From NCBI RefSeq assembly GCF_001194135.2, contig NC_069005.1, forward strand, positions 7,632,712-7,696,711: 64,000 nucleotides of DNA, written 5' to 3'. The number at the start of each line of letters is the position of its first letter. Within the stretch, counting starts at the first letter, position 1. Under the pieces are notes generated by a model. The model was given only the letters and a program-made list of their open reading frames with translations, made no database searches and was not told the DNA's origin. Shown in pieces: positions 1 through 11,250 of this stretch. Source of the stretch: Octopus bimaculoides (taxonomy: Eukaryota). The translations under genes and the position numbers were made by a program.

Positions 1-59
1 GCACTCCTTTGGTTCATTGGCCCCTGTAACCATCCAGCATGGAAAACAGATGTTAGCCT

Positions 60-479
60 ATTTGTTAACCTATTTCTGTTGAGATACTCTATGTTTATTT
101 CAATTAATTTTAACCCTTTAGTATTCAGATTACTCTGTCAAATGTAATGTTTGTTTATTTATGTTGTTTTGAATTAACCATGCTTTGAGGTTTCAATGAT
201 GTGATTGTTTAGTTTTAGAATAACTTTGGAGGGTTGAGGAGAGACGCCACATCTGGTTGGTTTCAACATAAAACTGTTTTGAATATTCTGACCAGATATG
301 GCCAGTTTGAATGCTAATGAAGAATTTAGTAAAATATCTTTGTTATTATTAAGATGGTGTTAGGAACATAAATTAAGACTAAGTTTTGGTGGAAGATTTT
401 AATTCAGAACTTTTGAAAGCAAGACATTTGTACTACAGATCTGGGTTGGTCTCGGGCAGGTTGGTATCGAAAGGGTTAA
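60..479. mobile_element. Nested TTAA/CCCTTT (piggyBac-type) MITEs
   Basis: One MITE starts at TTAACCCTTT (110) inside a second family that ends GGTATCGAAAGGGTTAA (479). Both families recur elsewhere in the window. Confidence 0.6.
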
Positions 480-608
480 ACAATGATGATGGGATCAATA
501 AGGGCCAATCCAGTACTTAGGTCTATCTCATAGCTTATACTCCTCCAAGAAAATTTTCAGGTGGAGTGGAGGCCAATAAAATATGTCCTAGTCAGCAACT
601 GTTGAATC

Positions 609-813
609 TACGAGGGGTGCTGAAACATTCCTGGTTTTGGGTAAAAGAAAATATAGGGGGATCAGTTAATTATGATTCTATTCAACATTCCCCCCCGCCT
701 CCCAATTCACACACTTGTAGCAGTCCTTCAGTTTTTCTAAGCCCTATAAAAGAGCTCCAACCAGGCCTTTCATGAAATCCTTAAAGCCAGGAACTTTTCA
801 GTACCCCCTTGTA
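609..813. mobile_element. Tc1/mariner-type MITE (TA-flanked), copy 1
   Basis: TACGAGGGGTGCTGAAA...TTTTCAGTACCCCCTTGTA TIRs; homologous to 54385-54607. Confidence 0.75.
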
Positions 814-1364
814 TCTAACCAATTATCCCCTTCCCATAAAATTCACTAGTTGTCTGTGTTAGACACCATGATCATTCAAAATCTACCAAGGTGGACTTTG
901 CCTTTCATCCTTTCGGTGGGGAGGGTTAATAAAATAAGTACAGTCAAGCACTGTGGGCCAATGTAACTCACTTGCCCCCCCCCCTAAAATTTCAGGCCTT
1001 ATGCTTATAATAGAAACAATTATTATGATAACGGGGAAAAAGGTGACTCACTGGCAGAACTGTTAGCATGCTGGGCAAAATACTTAGTGGCATTTCATCT
1101 GTCTTCATGTTTTGAGTTCAAATTCTGCCAAGGTCAACTTTGCCTTTCGGGGGAGTCAATAAAATAAGCACCAGTTGAGCACTGTGGTTGATGTAATCAA
1201 CTTACCCCCTGGTAAGCTGATTACATGTTGATCTTGTGCCAAAATTTGAAATCATTAAGATGACAGAGAAAATATCTACTTGCCTTAAATGGTGATTCTA
1301 GAACCAACATGATGAAGGTCAGAGTCATATTCTAACAAATGGGAAAAAAAAAAGTCATAGTCAT

Positions 1365-1567
1365 TTTAACCCAGTTAACCCTGTCGAAATTTTGAACGTA
1401 GTTAACAAACATATGGTAGCGTCCAGTTAACCACTATTGCAGTAAATAAACCAAATACAATGGTTAAATAAATACAACAAGCACTATTTTACATCAGTTA
1501 ACCTTTATTGCAGTAAACAAACCGAATACAACTCTTCTAATTAAGGACAGTGGGTTAAAATGGGTTA
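1365..1567. mobile_element. Small TTAA-CCC MITE with an internal 37-bp direct repeat
   Basis: TTAACCCAGTTAACCCTGTC...GACAGTGGGTTAAAATGGGTTAA; repeat copies at 1424 and 1495. Confidence 0.5.
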
Positions 1568-1760
1568 ATAAAATCTCTTTCAAAAATTTTTAATTATTTT
1601 TAAAATTGATTAAAAGTATTTAAAAAAAAAAGAATTTGAGGAACTACATATTCATGCTGTATCTTAATGAATGCAAAAAGTTATTTTTCCAAAAAGCTCT
1701 TCCAAAATTCTACCGACTTTGCCAACCAAATTAGTTTTAAATGCTAAAAGATTTACTAAC

Positions 1761-1852
1761 CAATTCGAAGGTCAAGCTCCATTCTAGCATCAACAGCTCT
1801 AGAAACATTTTCATCAGGAGCAACAAGATTTTGGCAGGCACGATTCACAGCT
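1761..1852 (-). CDS. TOP3A: TOP3A coding exon 6 (AVNRACQNLVAPDENVSRAVDARMELDLRIG); the gene continues left of the window
   Basis: Acceptor tttttgacag, donor TTG|GTTAGT, 92 nt. AVD.R.ELDLRIG is a type IA topoisomerase motif. I found no further exon in 1-1760. Confidence 0.95.
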
Positions 1853-2408
1853 CTGTCAAAAAATGGAAAGATTTTAAGAGAAGCCATTTGTATTAAAAAT
1901 TTATAGTTATCTATCAATCGATTCGTTTTTTTTTTGGACTTGTTTCAGTCATTTGACTGCGGCCATGCTGGAGCACCGCCTTTAGTCGAGCAAATCGACA
2001 CCAGGACTTATTCTTTGGAAGCCTAGTACTTATTCTACCGCTAAGTTACGAGAACATAAACACACCACCATCGGTTGTCAAGCGATGTTGGGGGAACAAA
2101 CACAGACACACAAACATATATATATACAAATATACGGCAGGCTTCTTTCAGTTTCCATTTACCAAATCCACTCACAAGGCTTTGGTCGGCCCGAGGCTAT
2201 AGTAGAAGACACTTACCCAAGGTGCCACGCAGTGGGAATGAACCCGGAACCATGTGGTCAATTTTGCCTTTCATCCTTTTGGGGCTGATTAAACAAGTAC
2301 CAGTTGAATACTGGGGTGGATGTAATCAACTCACCCACTCCCCAGAACTTGCTGGGCTTGTGCCAAAAGTTAAAACCAATATGATAATTATTCACAGAGG
2401 CAAAAGTG

Positions 2409-3100
2409 GTAGAGTTTCTTTCGAGCAATGGGCCCCATGGAGGCAAAGTGGCTGAGTCCCTTTCGAGTGTTAGGCCTCATGGAGGAAAAGTGATTGAATC
2501 CCTTTCAAGTGTTGGACCTCACAGAGGAAAAGTGGCTGAGTCCCTTTCGAGTGTTGGGTTTCATAGAGGAAAAGTGGCTGAGTCCCTTTCGAGNNNNNNN
2601 NNNCAGTTGAATACTGGGGTGGATGTAATCAACTCACCCACTCCCCAGAACTTGCTGGGCTTGTGCCAAAAGTTAAAACCAATATGATAATTATTCACAG
2701 AGGCAAAAGTGGTAGAGTTTCTTTCGAGCAATGGGCCCCATGGAGGCAAAGTGGCTGAGTCCCTTTCGAGTGTTAGGCCTCACAGGAAAAGTGGCTGAGT
2801 CCCTTTCAAGTGTTGGGCTTCACAGAAGCAATGACCAAGACCTTTGGCATTATGTCATGCTTGAGAAGACTCATCAAGCCGAGTAAAATTGCAGTTGTGG
2901 CAAATACCGGTGTCACATAAATGGCACCCATGCTGGTGGAACATAAAAGCACACATTACACTCTCGGAGTGGTTGGCATTAGGAAGGACATCTAGCCATA
3001 GAAAACCATGCAAAATCAGTCAGGAGTTCTGTGCAGAGCCCTGGTCAAACCGTCCAACCCATGCCAGCATGGACAACAGACACTAAATGATGATGATAAT
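2409..3100 (+). repeat. 42-bp minisatellite joined to an RTE 3' end
   Basis: Units start at 2439, 2481, 2523 and 2565. They are followed by AGAAGCAATGACCAAGACCTTTGG (RTE ORF2 end) and the (GAT)n-tail sequence. Confidence 0.7.
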
Positions 3101-3146
3101 GAAAGAGACAGAAATGAGGAAATACAAGTTAGATTTGTGTACTTAC

Positions 3147-3198
3147 TGTGGAGTTATTTCTGAAAACTTTGCCCGGTAAATGCTTATATTAGGTTTCA
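3147..3198 (-). CDS. TOP3A: TOP3A coding exon 5 (VKPNISIYRAKFSEITPQ)
   Basis: Acceptor ttttaacag, donor CA|GTAAGT, 52 nt. RAKFSEIT matches the conserved RARFSEIT. Confidence 0.95.
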
Positions 3199-3785
3199 CT
3201 GTTAAAACAAAAGACATAAAAAGCATATGACATTGTTGGAAAATATTTCCGCAACTTTGAAGATCATTAAGATGAAATTTTTAATTTTAAAGGGATAATG
3301 AATTAACTGCTAAGACTTAAATGCAAATGATATAACTGTTTGGTTAAGACACTTGATTTTCAACCATGCGGTTTAGAGTTCAATCCCACTGCATGGCAAC
3401 CTTGGGCAAGACTCTTCTACTATAGCCCCAGCCAGACCAAAGCCTTGTGAATGGATTTGGCAAAGAGAAACTGAAAGAAGCCCAACATATATGTGTGTGT
3501 GTGTGACTGCAACACCCTAACCACTAGGTACATGACCTAGTGAATAGGGTGTGTTCTTAAGCAAGACATTTCATTTCATGTTTCTCTGCAATCATTCTGA
3601 CATCTGACATATGGTACACTTGTGCACCTGTACAGGAGGCATCGATTTTATGGAGGAAATGAGCTAATGCCAACCAAAACATTTTAACACTATACACAAA
3701 TTGACTGTGCAGTTGTTCAACAAGATGACAACACAACACACAGCCTGGTCCACAAATCAAACTCTAACCACTGAGACATGCACCT

Positions 3786-3849
<64 letters not shown>

Positions 3850-4134
3850 TAGTCACTCACCATATCGAGGTTCACCTATCACGGTTTATTATCTTAAGCT
3901 TACGTCGATTCCTCTGTTGTGTTGTTGTGCATTTATAATAAAATAAATTCTTTTACTTGTTACAGTCATTTGACTGCTGGAACCCTCAATATCGTAACTG
4001 AGAGAGTGCCAGTTTTTGTGGACAATGGACTTATGCAATCTTTAGATGGGAAGCTTTTTGGCATTTACTCCAGCACTCTGTGAGTTCAAATCCTACCGTG
4101 GCTTACTTGGCTTAGAGGTTTAATGTATCTCCCA

Positions 4135-4578
4135 GTTCAACTTTTAGCAAAACAATTCATCATTAATTAACCTTTTAGTAATCATGTTATTCTGTCAAAT
4201 GTAAAGCTTATGGATTAATATTGTTTTGAATTAATCCTGCATTATCTCGTAGCTTTGAGATTTTGATGATGTGGTTATTTAGTTTTAGAAATACATTGTA
4301 GGGAGGTGTGAGGGGCCAGATCTGACCAGTTTCAACATGAAACAAGTAGAATATTTGGGCTTGATCTAGCTGGTTTAACCCTTTAGCGTTCAGATTACTC
4401 TATAGAATGTGATGATTATTTATTCACATTGTTTTATTAATTAATCATACATTATCAAAATTTCAATGATGTGATTGGTTAGTTTTTAGAATGACATTGT
4501 AGGATAAGTGTAAGAGGCCAGATATGTCCAGTTTGAACCTAAAACAAGTAAAATATTTGGGCCAGTTTAAATGTTAAG
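4135..4578. mobile_element. Two tandem piggyBac-type MITEs
   Basis: Junction TTAACCCTTTAGC at 4375; the body is shared with the copies at 110, 52791 and 58341. Confidence 0.65.
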
Positions 4579-4627
4579 TTTGCTCTTTGTGAGAGCAACT
4601 GTTTTAAAATAGTCATTAAAAATTTAC

Positions 4628-4736
4628 CTGCCTGGCAGACTTGAATAATTTCAAAGCCTATGTTTTCACCTTCTCGATCACAATCAGTCCAGATAATCAA
4701 TATCTGAGATTTACGTACCTCTTCTTCCAGGGTTTT
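4628..4736 (-). CDS. TOP3A: TOP3A coding exon 4 (KTLEEEVRKSQILIIWTDCDREGENIGFEIIQVCQA)
   Basis: Contains the TOPRIM metal-binding signature WTDCDREGENIGFEI. Acceptor ttctcctag, donor CAG|GTAAAT, 109 nt. Confidence 0.97.
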
Positions 4737-5194
4737 CTAGGAGAATGGGGAAAAAAGATAAAGAATTGTAAAGTAATAAGAATTAAGTTTTAAATTAACA
4801 GAATAAATGCTTAAATGCGAAATTAAATTTCATGATTATTCAAGTAATGTTGTTGAATATCTACCAAAAAATCAGAATTGTTATTTTCTGCAGATCACAC
4901 TGCCTCAATATACATGATGTATCTCAATAGAAAATAGTTTCAAACATGACATTCTTCAACAAAAGGTAGATTGGTATGTAAAACTGTTTTCCACAGTTAG
5001 GGGTAATGAAATTTTGATTGTACTCTTTCGCCCCAACTTTCTCTCACCCTTTCTTCCTGTTTCTTGAGTAACGCTGCAATGGACTGGCGTCCCGTCCAGC
5101 TGGGGGGAGCACATACGCCATAGAAACCGGGAAACCGGGCCCATGAGCCTGGCTAGGCTGTAAAAGGGCGCATAAATAAAAAAAATTAAAATAC

Positions 5195-5252
<58 letters not shown>

Positions 5253-5473
5253 TATGTTTGAAGAATACGAAAGACATGACTGTCATGACTGGAATGTCTT
5301 TGATTATAAGCAGGACAGCTCATTCATATAGAACATTCATGTAGAACCTAGGGTTAAACAACATCATGTACCCTGCCACCCAACCAAGATTCAAATGTTG
5401 TGGGTGTGGAGAGTTAATTAAGGAATCAGTAATAATAGAAGACATTTTTGTGTAAGGAAATATCAAAACATAC

Positions 5474-5549
5474 CTTTATATTAAGAAAATCTGGAGGACA
5501 GTACTTCTGAATGGTAGCCTCAAATAAACTGACAGGGTTACACATAGTC
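5474..5549 (-). CDS. TOP3A: TOP3A coding exon 3 (TMCNPVSLFEATIQKYCPPDFLNIK)
   Basis: Acceptor tttatttcag, donor AAG|GTATGT, 76 nt; phase 2 to phase 0 fits the neighbouring exons. CNP.LFEA.I.KYCP motif. Confidence 0.95.
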
Positions 5550-5690
5550 CTGAAATAAACAACAACAATGACATCATCATCATCATCATCATCACCATCA
5601 TCATGATTATTATCATCACCGTCATCATTATCATCACCACCATCACCATCACATCACAATCATCATCATCTTTTTCCTCCTCCTCACCAC

Positions 5691-5724
<34 letters not shown>

Positions 5725-6151
5725 GTAATACAGTTTACCATGCTGCATGGATGAGACAGAGTTTGCTGAGGCAGATTTTCTACATCCGGATGCTCTTCCT
5801 GTGTCCAATCTTCACCCGTTTCCGGGTGAATATGGACAGAGTATGTGAGGGAAAGAGGACAGGAATAGAGCAATAAACAAGAATGGAGAGGAATCACACA
5901 CACACACACACACACAAACAGATACAAGCATGGTTGTGTGGTCAAGAAGTTTGCTTTGCAAGCACATGGTTTCAGGTTCAGTCCCACGACAGTGCACCTT
6001 GTTTCTTCTATAACCCCAGTCCAAAGATTTGTGAGTGGATTTGACAATGGAAATTAAAACAAAATCCTATCTGTGCGTTTGAGTGTGTGTGTATGCGTGC
6101 AGGAGAAAGCATATGTGCATGTATGTGAAAGTGTGTGTCTGCATGGGAGAG

Positions 6152-6197
<46 letters not shown>

Positions 6198-6456
6198 TCT
6201 CCTTCTCTTGACATCATGATAACAAATATCACTACCACACAAGAATTGTCTTTCATTTGCAATCCACCCTGAAAACATGTCCAGCCACTGAGGGCTAGGG
6301 GAAATATTAACTGGCTTGGAAACAGGTGAGGCTTGGCCTTAGAAATCTGCCTCCGTAAATTTTGTCCGACCCATCCAAGCACAGAAAATGTTGTTATTAA
6401 AACCAACAATAATGATGATTTATAAACAAATTTTCTGTAAATTGTTTTTGGGCACA

Positions 6457-6855
6457 GGAGTGGCTGTGTGGTAAGTAGCTTGCTTACCAACCACATGGTT
6501 CTGGGTTCAGTCCCACTGCGTGGCACCTTGGGCAAGTGGCTTCTACTATAGCCTTGGGCCGACCAAAGCCATGAGAAGTGGATATGGTAGACGGAAACTG
6601 AAAGAAGCCCGTCATATATATATATATATATATTTATGTGTGTGTATATGTTTGTGTGTCTGTGTTTGTCACCCCAACATCGCTTGACAACCGATGCTGG
6701 TGTGTTTAGGTCCCCATAACTTAGCGGTTCAGCAAAAGTGACCGATAGAATAAGTACTAGGCTTACAAAGAATAAGTTCCGGGGTCAATTTAATTCGACT
6801 AAAGGCGGTGCTCCAGCATGGCCGCAGTCAAATGACTGAAACAAGTAAAAGAGTA
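6457..6855 (+). mobile_element. Full-length tRNA-derived SINE with a CORE-like segment and internal microsatellite
   Basis: A-box TGGCTGTGTGG, B-box GGTTCAGTCCC, CORE-like ACCTTGGGCAAGT. Other copies at about 1938-2258(-), 51127-51560, 56290-56645 and 62890-63235(-), plus many fragments. Confidence 0.85.
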
Positions 6856-7316
6856 ATCATATGTTGATCTAAAGTTGTGAAATGGCAGCCATTAGCATGC
6901 CGGGCGAAATGCTTAGTGGTATTTCATCCATCTTTACATTCTGAGTTCAAATTCCACTGACTTTGCCTCTCATCCTTTCAGGGTCAATGAAATAAGTACC
7001 AGTTGAGCACAGGAGTTGAGGATCAATGTAATCGACTTGTCTCCTGCTCAAACTCGCTGACCTTGTGCCAAAATTTGAAACCAATAATGGGTTGATCTCA
7101 AAAGTGTTATGTAAGTTCTTTGATCTGAATAATGCTTACTAGAGGATTAAAGTAGTGCATGTAAGGGAAAGGGTTCATGCAAGAAAAAAGGGGACAATGA
7201 CATACAGGAAAAGGGTAACAGGGATGAATTTATGGAAGCGAGAGTGACCAGAGGCATGTAACAGAAAACAAAATCTGTCACATCAGATGATCGAAGGAAT
7301 GGAATTGTCAACTTAC

Positions 7317-7450
7317 CATTTTTTATACAAACCAATAAATTCCATGCCCAAAAGATGACCTGACACAGAGGTCATGCTCATTATGCAATTCTTGTTGAAA
7401 AGATTGTACTCAAACTCATAAATCTTATTGTACACAGAACGTCCGTCTCT
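7317..7450 (-). CDS. TOP3A: TOP3A coding exon 2 (RDGRSVYNKIYEFEYNLFNKNCIMSMTSVSGHLLGMEFIGLYKKW)
   Basis: Acceptor tttattttag, donor TG|GTAAGT, 134 nt. NKIYEF and MTSVSGHL motifs of Top3alpha. Confidence 0.95.
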
Positions 7451-7482
7451 CTAAAATAAAAAAATTAAGAAATTGAAATAAT

Positions 7483-8940
7483 TACTGTATTTTCTAGCAT
7501 ACAAGTTGACAGAGTATATACGGTAAACATTCAATCTTCATTACTATCTTTCCATATCCTGCTGCATTTCACATGTGATTTTTGGTCCTCCAAAGTTATC
7601 CCTAGGTGTATAAGTTGACTGACCTTTATTTTTGGCAGTAAATTTTGCTCTAAAACATTTCGACTGGAAAATACAGTACACACTCTTTCAAATACATATT
7701 CGCTCAAAGCACATGTACTCACATATTCTCTCAAACACTTACATACCATATTTTCCAACATAAAAATCAACATAGCATTGTAAAATTGTAGTGTAAACAT
7801 CACTAAATTCCCAAATATTACTGCATTTTACATGAAATTAAGTCTTCCAATATCGTCTTGCTGTTATTAGTCAGCATACCTTTTTTTGACTACAAATTTT
7901 GGTCTTAAAAATTTGACTTGTATGCTGGAAAATATGGTACACATTGGCACGTAAAAGCACCCACTACACTCTCGGAGCGGTTGGCATTAGGAAGGGCATC
8001 CAGCTGTAGAAACTCTGCCAAATCAGATTGGAGATTGGTGTAGTCACCTGGTCCACCAGTCCTCAGTCAAATCGTCCAACCCATGCTAGCATGGAAAGCA
8101 GACGTTAAACGATGATGATGATGATGACACATTCTCTGAAGCACATGTACTCACATCTTCTCAAAAACCCTTACATACCATATTTTCCAGCACACAAGTC
8201 AACATAATACATAGTGTAAACATACAGTGTAAATGCTCAAACATCATCACTACCTTTCCAAATCCTGTTGCATTTCACATAGAATTTTTGGTCCTCCAAA
8301 TTCGTCTTGGTGGCTAAGTCGACCTACCTTTTTGGGGGCTGTAAATTTTAGTTAGAAAAATTTAGAACTTTTATGCCAAAAATTTCAGAAGTATAAAATA
8401 TAGAACTTCATCGAACAGAATCATTTTCAGGTCTCCTATATCAAAATGTACTATTTTAAACATGTAGTGTAAGCATCCAAACATTGTTGCTATCTTTCCA
8501 AATCCTGCTGCATTTCACATGGAAGTTTTGGTCTTCCAGAGTTTTGGCATATTGAGTCAACTCTAGCATTTTTAGTTGTAAATTTTGGTCTGAAGAATTC
8601 AGCTCACATGCCAGAATATACACTATATATTCTTTAATATACACATTCTCTCAATCCTTACATACCTTATCTTCCAGCATACACAGTTGACATACTGTAT
8701 AGTGTAAACATTCAAACACTGTCTTTATCGTTCGATATCCTGCTGCACCTCACATGGAAATTTTGGTCTTCCTAAGATTGTCTTGGTGTATAAGTTGACC
8801 TCTCATTTTTTGAACTGTAAATATTGGTCTGAAAAATTTACAACTTATACACCAGAAAATCCAATAAAAGTATATAAAATATAAAACTTCATCTAACAGA
8901 ATCGTTTTAAAGTCCTTATATCAAAGCATACCATTTTAAA
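7483..8940. repeat. Degenerate tandem array of ~196-bp TA-flanked MITE units plus spacer, in TOP3A intron 1
   Basis: Units 7483-7678 and 7744-7939 have TACYRTATTTTCCAG TIRs. The core CCAAATCCTGCTGCATTTCACAT recurs about five times (near 7551, 7811, 8256, 8496, 8734). Confidence 0.7.
7946..8126 (+). mobile_element. RTE-tail retroposon ending in (GAT)n, inserted in the MITE array
   Basis: 7-bp TSD ACACATT (7939-7945 and 8127-8133). Same family at about 23005-23283, 55823-55967, 59990-60228 and 60500-60930. Confidence 0.85.
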
Positions 8941-9074
8941 CTCCCTATTCAAGGGGCTCCTCCCTGGGTTGACACATATCTTGATACCTTGTATATGAAA
9001 CCCAGCAAACAGAAACTGTGAAGAAGCCTGTCTCCTATGAGTATATCCATTTATGTTTGTGAATATGTTTACTG

Positions 9075-9320
9075 GCTAAAGATAGACACATCACAGAGCT
9101 AATTACAGATAAATCAGTGAGGTAATCTAAACTGGTTTGGCTATGTCTGCAGGTTGAGCACCAAAGGACTACCACACCAACCTTTGTGCTGGCAGTGACC
9201 AATGCACTGCAGAATCCAATACAACGCACCAAAGAAAACATGAGCAAGACAAACTGAGGAAGATCTGAAGTCACAGCACCTGTTTGAAACCTATGATTAG
9301 TGACACTGTTGTTGAAGACA
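9075..9320 (+). pseudogene. RTE LINE ORF2 C-terminal remnant
   Basis: LNWFGYV and PKKT motifs, highly degenerate. Confidence 0.45.
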
Positions 9321-11031
9321 CAAAATAAATATGAATGGCCCATTTAAGTCTTATATATTGAAATGGGATCAGTGAAAAAAAAAAGAAAAATCAATAAACA
9401 CATTTCAGAATATTTTCCTTACCAATTTGATCAGTATTATCAATGATTGATAGGTGCAGGTATGACTGTGTGGTAAGAATTCTGCTTCACAACCACATGG
9501 TTTCAAGTTCAGTCCCACAGTATCCCTAAGCCAAACAAGGCCTTGTGGGTGGATATGGTAGACAGAAACTGAAAGAAACATATGTATGTGTGTGTGTGTG
9601 TGTGTGTGCATGTTACTGTCTCCTTGCTTTGAGATCACATGATGGTTGTGGGTTTCATCACCATAAAAGCTGTGTTCTTGATTTCCAATTTCCCATGAAA
9701 ACATGTCTAGTCATGGTGAAATACTACATTAGAAAGATGAGGGTGGGCATTTGGAGCATGTGTCTAGTACTATAGCACCATGTCAACCAAAGAGTGGTGG
9801 GTGGATTTGGGAGATGGAAACTGAAAGAAGCTTATTGTACATGCAGATGTGTGTGTGTGTTGCAAGTGCAATATTGTTTGTTTCCAACCTATGAAACACA
9901 TGTCTAGCTATGGGGAGGTATTACCTTATTTGGAAACTCTATAGACCAATATCGAAGGAATGCCTGTAGGAATACCCTTTGCTGACGCAACATATAATTG
10001 AGGAAGTGTGCATTCTTTTTTTTCTGTATGGCTCACTTTCTTTCTCACCGTCTTCTTTTTCACAAGGTACTACGTATTTTCTTGTTTCAATGCAATCAGA
10101 TATTAACCCTCAAAGGATTTTCTGTGACTGAGATTGACAAGATCCCCACTCAAAATAAGACGAACTAAAGGGTGGGGAGGCTATTCGGAAACTGCGGTAA
10201 CGAACTAGGTGGATTCTAATGTAAACAGAAGACCCCAAATTGAAGGCGACTAAAATCGGCCCCCAAAAGTTATTCCATCGACCATAAAGGGTGAAACCCG
10301 AAGTTGATTTCAGCGGGATTTTGCCTTTTAGAACCCTAACAAGCAAAATGAGAGCATTTATTTTTGTCATTTGTTGACAGCGAGTCAAGGAGAAAGAGAC
10401 TATACAATGAAAGCTGTTCGACATGCCAAAAATATTAGCCAATTTTACCTCAGGAAAATTACAGTTGAAATAATTTTAACCATAGGTCGATCAGAACTGA
10501 CCAGGTGTAGTTAAGCAAGAACAACTAAACACCTACAAGCCATTAGAAGAAATCTTTTTCATAATCGATCTGTTAGACATCGCAGCCAAATCTCACTTGA
10601 ATCACATCTACCGTTTTAGAAAAGTACAAGTTAGACAATGTAGTTTTCGGTTGCCTGCACATATGAAACAGATGCGATAATCACGGCTGGAATCGGCCAT
10701 TTTAGCATCATTAAGTCCTAATCTAAAACAATGCACTGGATTCTATATTATTTGACAGGAAGTTACAAAACATCAGTCGTTAGAAATGGGCTCCTAGACC
10801 CGTGAACCCCTCTCACTCGGGCAACAGCCCAGTGTGCTTATGCCTCGTCGGAATGCCGTTAATCGAAGATCATGACTAGGGCTGATCTGTCACAAATAAT
10901 AATACATGAACCGTGGATTTTCCCACCCAGGCATAAAAAAGATCGTGATTGCAACCCTTCCTCGCCCAACTAAGCCATAGTTTAAAAGAGATCATCGCCG
11001 GGATCAGGTGGAATCGAACTGTTTCACTTAC

Positions 11032-11157
11032 CCGTCGAAAGTTGCCTCTCGATAAAACTTCTGCCAATGATTTAGCTGCATCGTTCTTTTCAGCGACATT
11101 TAATATTCTTGTCATTGTTGAAACTGCGTTAAGTAATCTGGTAGATAGATTTACCAT
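11032..11157 (-). CDS. TOP3A: DNA topoisomerase III alpha, coding exon 1 (MVNLSTRLLNAVSTMTRILNVAEKNDAAKSLAEVLSRGNFRR)
   Basis: LNVAEKNDAAK matches the TOPRIM start of Top3alpha (human LCVAEKNDAAK). The exon ends at donor CGG|GTAAGT (11031), phase 0. A second Met lies at 11115. Confidence 0.95.
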
Positions 11158-11174
11158 TTTCTTCGAGTCATCAT
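11151..11174 (-). promoter_or_regulatory. Out-of-frame uORF (MMTRRKW*) overlapping the first TOP3A ATG
   Basis: ATG ATG ACT CGA AGA AAA TGG TAA. Its TAA (11153-11151) lies just past the ATG at 11157. It is functional only if inside the 5' UTR (TSS unknown). Confidence 0.5.
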
Positions 11175-11203
11175 TTTAAAAAGTTTATTTTGTATTTTCG
11201 TGT

Positions 11204-11250
11204 TTAATTCCAAAGGTTAAAATTTGTCGACACGTTTGGCGCCATTTTGG
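11204..11250 (-). promoter_or_regulatory. YY1-type AAAATGGCG motif, which also opens a 13-aa uORF (MAPNVSTNFNLWN*), upstream of TOP3A
   Basis: The minus strand reads ccaaaATGGCGCC at 11250-11238. The ORF runs 11245-11204. Confidence 0.45.

Noticed and set aside
2439-2593. Regularly spaced 42-bp repeats, superficially CRISPR-like
   Set aside because: The units are head-to-tail with no unique spacers, there are no cas genes, and the context is eukaryotic and RTE-linked.
2301-2790. Apparent ~180-bp direct duplication on either side of the 10-N gap at 2594; similar cases at about 22004, 23157 and 60354
   Set aside because: Identical sequence flanking short scaffold gaps is the signature of unmerged contig overlaps, so it is not treated as biological duplication.
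6457-6530. tRNA-like A/B boxes here and at 49997, 54050-54123, 28200-28285 and 63757
   Set aside because: They continue into multicopy SINE bodies and lack a proper acceptor stem; they are SINE heads, not tRNA genes.
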